From Jimgerdemannia flammicorona (Eukaryota), in contig RBNJ01000088.1 of the NCBI GenBank assembly GCA_003990765.1, positions 1 through 42,519 on the forward strand: DNA of 42,519 bases, in the 5' to 3' direction. The position numbers and the translations under genes were made by a program. Below the pieces are notes generated by a model, which saw nothing but the letters and a program-made list of their open reading frames with translations, was not told the DNA's origin and ran no database searches. Below are positions 40,385 through 42,519 of the stretch, one piece after another (within the stretch, counting starts at the first letter, position 1; the number at the start of each line of letters is the position of its first letter).

Positions 40385-41780
40385 TGTTTACAAGAAACAC
40401 CGAGTTTGAGAAATGATCGTAGGATACCACAAATTCAGAGTGAGTGTGAATATATATCGGACCTGTGATGCGAAGTGTTTCAATGTTTGGCCAGTATGTC
40501 GACCAATTTTCAATATTTAATGTGTGGGCACCGAACCATTCAACAAATCGGATTTGATCACATTCCCGAAGACTGAGTTCAGATAGCAGATTGGGCTGTC
40601 CGATAAGCGTGACATGTGTCAACGTTGATTTAATAGAGTAGATGAAATCTGCAAGGTCGGAGTCCCATCGTCCAAATTCTGGAAATCGTATCAACACGTT
40701 GCACATGTTTGTAAGATTTTTGAATAGATGAGCTCGAAAGTAATATATGTCTATTTGCATGTGTGGTATTAAATCTGCAAGCTTTAATAAACTATCGCGT
40801 TGTGCAATGGTTTGAATTTCATTGGTGTACACAATTCTTATCTGTCTGTGGTAATGGAGCCCAAATTTCATTGATTCGCGTATTAAATCTACAAATCGCT
40901 CGCTACACATGCTTATACAGCGGATATATCTATCCGTCAAATGGCCGATAGAGTTGTTCCAATCTACACATACCATAGCCATCGATAACAGATCTTCGAC
41001 AGAAAACTGACGCCCATTTACGATCGATTTGTATACTTCCATTATAATTTCCGGAGGTAATTTCTGCTGCACCCCTTGCCGCACTGGCTGTTGTACACAT
41101 TGCTGTGTTAAACGTTCGATCAACACACACATGTCGTGATTCTCACGATTGATTGCGTACTTGTGTGGCGATAAGCCATCGTTGTCGGTCTCGGTCATAT
41201 GTGCTCCATTGCAATAAAGCCATTTCACCATGTGTAGATCTCCGTTCATTACAGCGTAGTGCAGCGGTGTTTGTCTACGATTGTTTTTTCCATTTATATC
41301 TGCACCACCAGCAAGTAGAACTCGGGCTAGTTGATGGTGTCGGTGGAAGGATGCATAGTGGAGTGGCGTTACTCCATCATCATCGCGGATATCAGCATCG
41401 ATTTTGAGTATTTGACATAGATCTGATCGACTTGTAAGACTGTTGCTCCTGTACAGCCTCCACTCCATTGCCAACGTCTCGCCAGCCAACATGTGTAAGA
41501 TGGATGTATTGTATTCGTATCTGATATGGACATTTGCCCCTTTATCAATAAGGTATTTAGCAATGTCAAAATGGCCATATTCTACTGCTGTTCGCAAATA
41601 CAGCGTTGCGTCTACAATATACTCATCCAAAACATTTTTTAAAATATTGATATAGCCTAGTTTCACCACAAATTCAATGGTTTCATTTGACATATTTAAC
41701 TGATCGACTAATACTGCCACATCACATTCATTGTTTTCTACGATCGCATCAAATAGTCGATCGGCAATGGTACTGTCCAT
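40344..41780 (-). CDS. Ankyrin-repeat plus internal F-box / LRR-like protein
   Basis: GVTPLHYA and QTPLHYAV, then LPPEIIMEVY...MAMVCVDWN F-box. Confidence 0.88.
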   Translation of the reverse strand: MDSTIADRLFDAIVENNECDVAVLVDQLNMSNETIEFVVKLGYINILKNVLDEYIVDATLYLRTAVEYGHFDIAKYLIDKGANVHIRYEYNTSILHMLAGETLAMEWRLYRSNSLTSRSDLCQILKIDADIRDDDGVTPLHYASFHRHHQLARVLLAGGADINGKNNRRQTPLHYAVMNGDLHMVKWLYCNGAHMTETDNDGLSPHKYAINRENHDMCVLIERLTQQCVQQPVRQGVQQKLPPEIIMEVYKSIVNGRQFSVEDLLSMAMVCVDWNNSIGHLTDRYIRCISMCSERFVDLIRESMKFGLHYHRQIRIVYTNEIQTIAQRDSLLKLADLIPHMQIDIYYFRAHLFKNLTNMCNVLIRFPEFGRWDSDLADFIYSIKSTLTHVTLIGQPNLLSELSLRECDQIRFVEWFGAHTLNIENWSTYWPNIETLRITGPIYIHTHSEFVVSYDHFSNSVFLVNNAAKPKIANQNLP

Positions 41781-41830
41781 GTTTATTATAGTATGATTTT
41801 CTTGATTCAGAATTTTGTCTGTATTACGTT

Positions 41831-42519
41831 TTGACGCTTAAAAATGCTAGACTCGACATTTTTATGCGCCGAATTTTGATTGGTGTTAGCCATTATCGAA
41901 TCAAAAATTGATGCGTCGAATTTTCTTGATTCAACAAGTTTCAGTACAATAAACGAGAAAAGAACTTTTTGTCCAGATCGCTGCTGTATTACATGATCAG
42001 GAATTGGCGCATAAAAATGCTAGACTCGACATTTTTATGCGTTAATATTTTATTGGTTCAATGATGTTATCACATGATTATTGAAATTTGGCGCATAAAA
42101 ATGCTAGACTCGACATTTTTATGCGTCGAATTATAATTGGTGTTAGCCATTATCGAATCAAAAATTGATGCGTCGAATTTTCTTGATTCAACAAGTTTCA
42201 GTACAATAAACGAGAAAAGAACTTTTTGTCCAGATCGCTGCTGTATTACGTGATCAGGAATTGGCGCATAAAAATGCTAGACTCGACATTTTTATGCGTT
42301 AATATTTTATTGGTTCAATGATGTTATCACATGATTATTGAAATTTGGCGCATAAAAATGCTAGACTCGACATTTTTATGCGTCGAATTATAATTGGTGT
42401 TAGCCATTATCGAATCAAAAATTGATGCGTCGAATTTTCTTGATTCAACAAGTTTCAGTACAATAAACGAGAAAAGAACTTTTTGTCCAGATCGCTGCTG
42501 TATTACATGATCAGGAATT
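41831..42519. repeat. 257-bp tandem repeat array (~2.7 copies, running off the window end), two palindromes per unit
   Basis: tggtgttagcc recurs at 41881, 42138 and 42395. Palindromes lie at 41831/42088/42345 and 42004/42261. Confidence 0.97.

Larger units (their letters stand above)
335..42386. repeat. Dispersed 42-bp palindrome family (16-bp arms TTGACGCATAAAAATG / CATTTTTATGCGTCAA, 10-bp asymmetric core TCGAGTCTAG or its reverse complement CTAGACTCGA), ~30 copies
   Basis: Copies start at about 335, 853, 1140 (collapsed), 1909, 1993, 3405, 4008 (degenerate), 8453, 8537, 8621, 9011, 9330, 10245, 10326, 10410, 10588, 12470 (degenerate), 17705, 18615, 22471, 27721, 29104, 29189, 29381, 35835, 36560, 41831, 42004, 42088, 42261 and 42345. 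All lie outside credible CDSs. Confidence 0.97.

Noticed and set aside
10588-41872. Palindromes as integron attC sites
   Set aside because: They lack GTTRRRY/RYYYAAC ends, do not follow a one-gene-per-site pattern, flank genes on both strands, and there is no integrase in the window.
12461-41872. Palindromes as simple transcription terminators (Mimivirus-style hairpin rule)
   Set aside because: Most tight convergent gene ends lack them, and several lie upstream of or between divergent genes (17705, 18615, 29104, 35835, 41831).
1-42519. tRNA, rRNA, capsid, polymerase or transposase genes
   Set aside because: None were recognisable by eye. Their absence means the viral assignment stays an inference.

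Overview
AT-rich window with two zones. (1) About 1-10.6 kb is largely non-coding. It is a mosaic of four degenerate copies of a ~2-kb repeat unit, interrupted by fungal-type gene remnants: a Crinkler N-terminal gene with a 5'UTR spliceosomal intron, a frameshifted Mus81/ERCC4 nuclease, and a probably frameshifted ORF. (2) About 10.9-41.8 kb is densely packed, almost intron-free and resembles a large DNA virus. It holds about eight F-box proteins (with LRR or ankyrin repeats), a Ubl-BTB protein, RNase III-dsRBD, Zn2Cys6 proteins, an intron-containing SMYD-type SET-MYND methyltransferase, a VIT-vWA protein, 6-pyruvoyl-tetrahydropterin synthase, an AAA-ATPase-like protein and membrane proteins. 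It ends in a 257-bp tandem array. My best interpretation is a segment of a large DNA virus or giant (possibly endogenised) element associated with an early-diverging fungus. No capsid, polymerase or integrase hallmark gene is in the window, so this remains inference. The most striking feature is a dispersed family of ~30 copies of a 42-bp palindrome (TTGACGCATAAAAATG-TCGAGTCTAG-CATTTTTATGCGTCAA). It is intergenic, its asymmetric 10-bp core flips between identical flanks, it marks rearrangement junctions, and inverted arrays of it bracket the whole gene block. Two other dispersed motif families accompany it. Protein calls come from motif recognition by eye, with no database searches.
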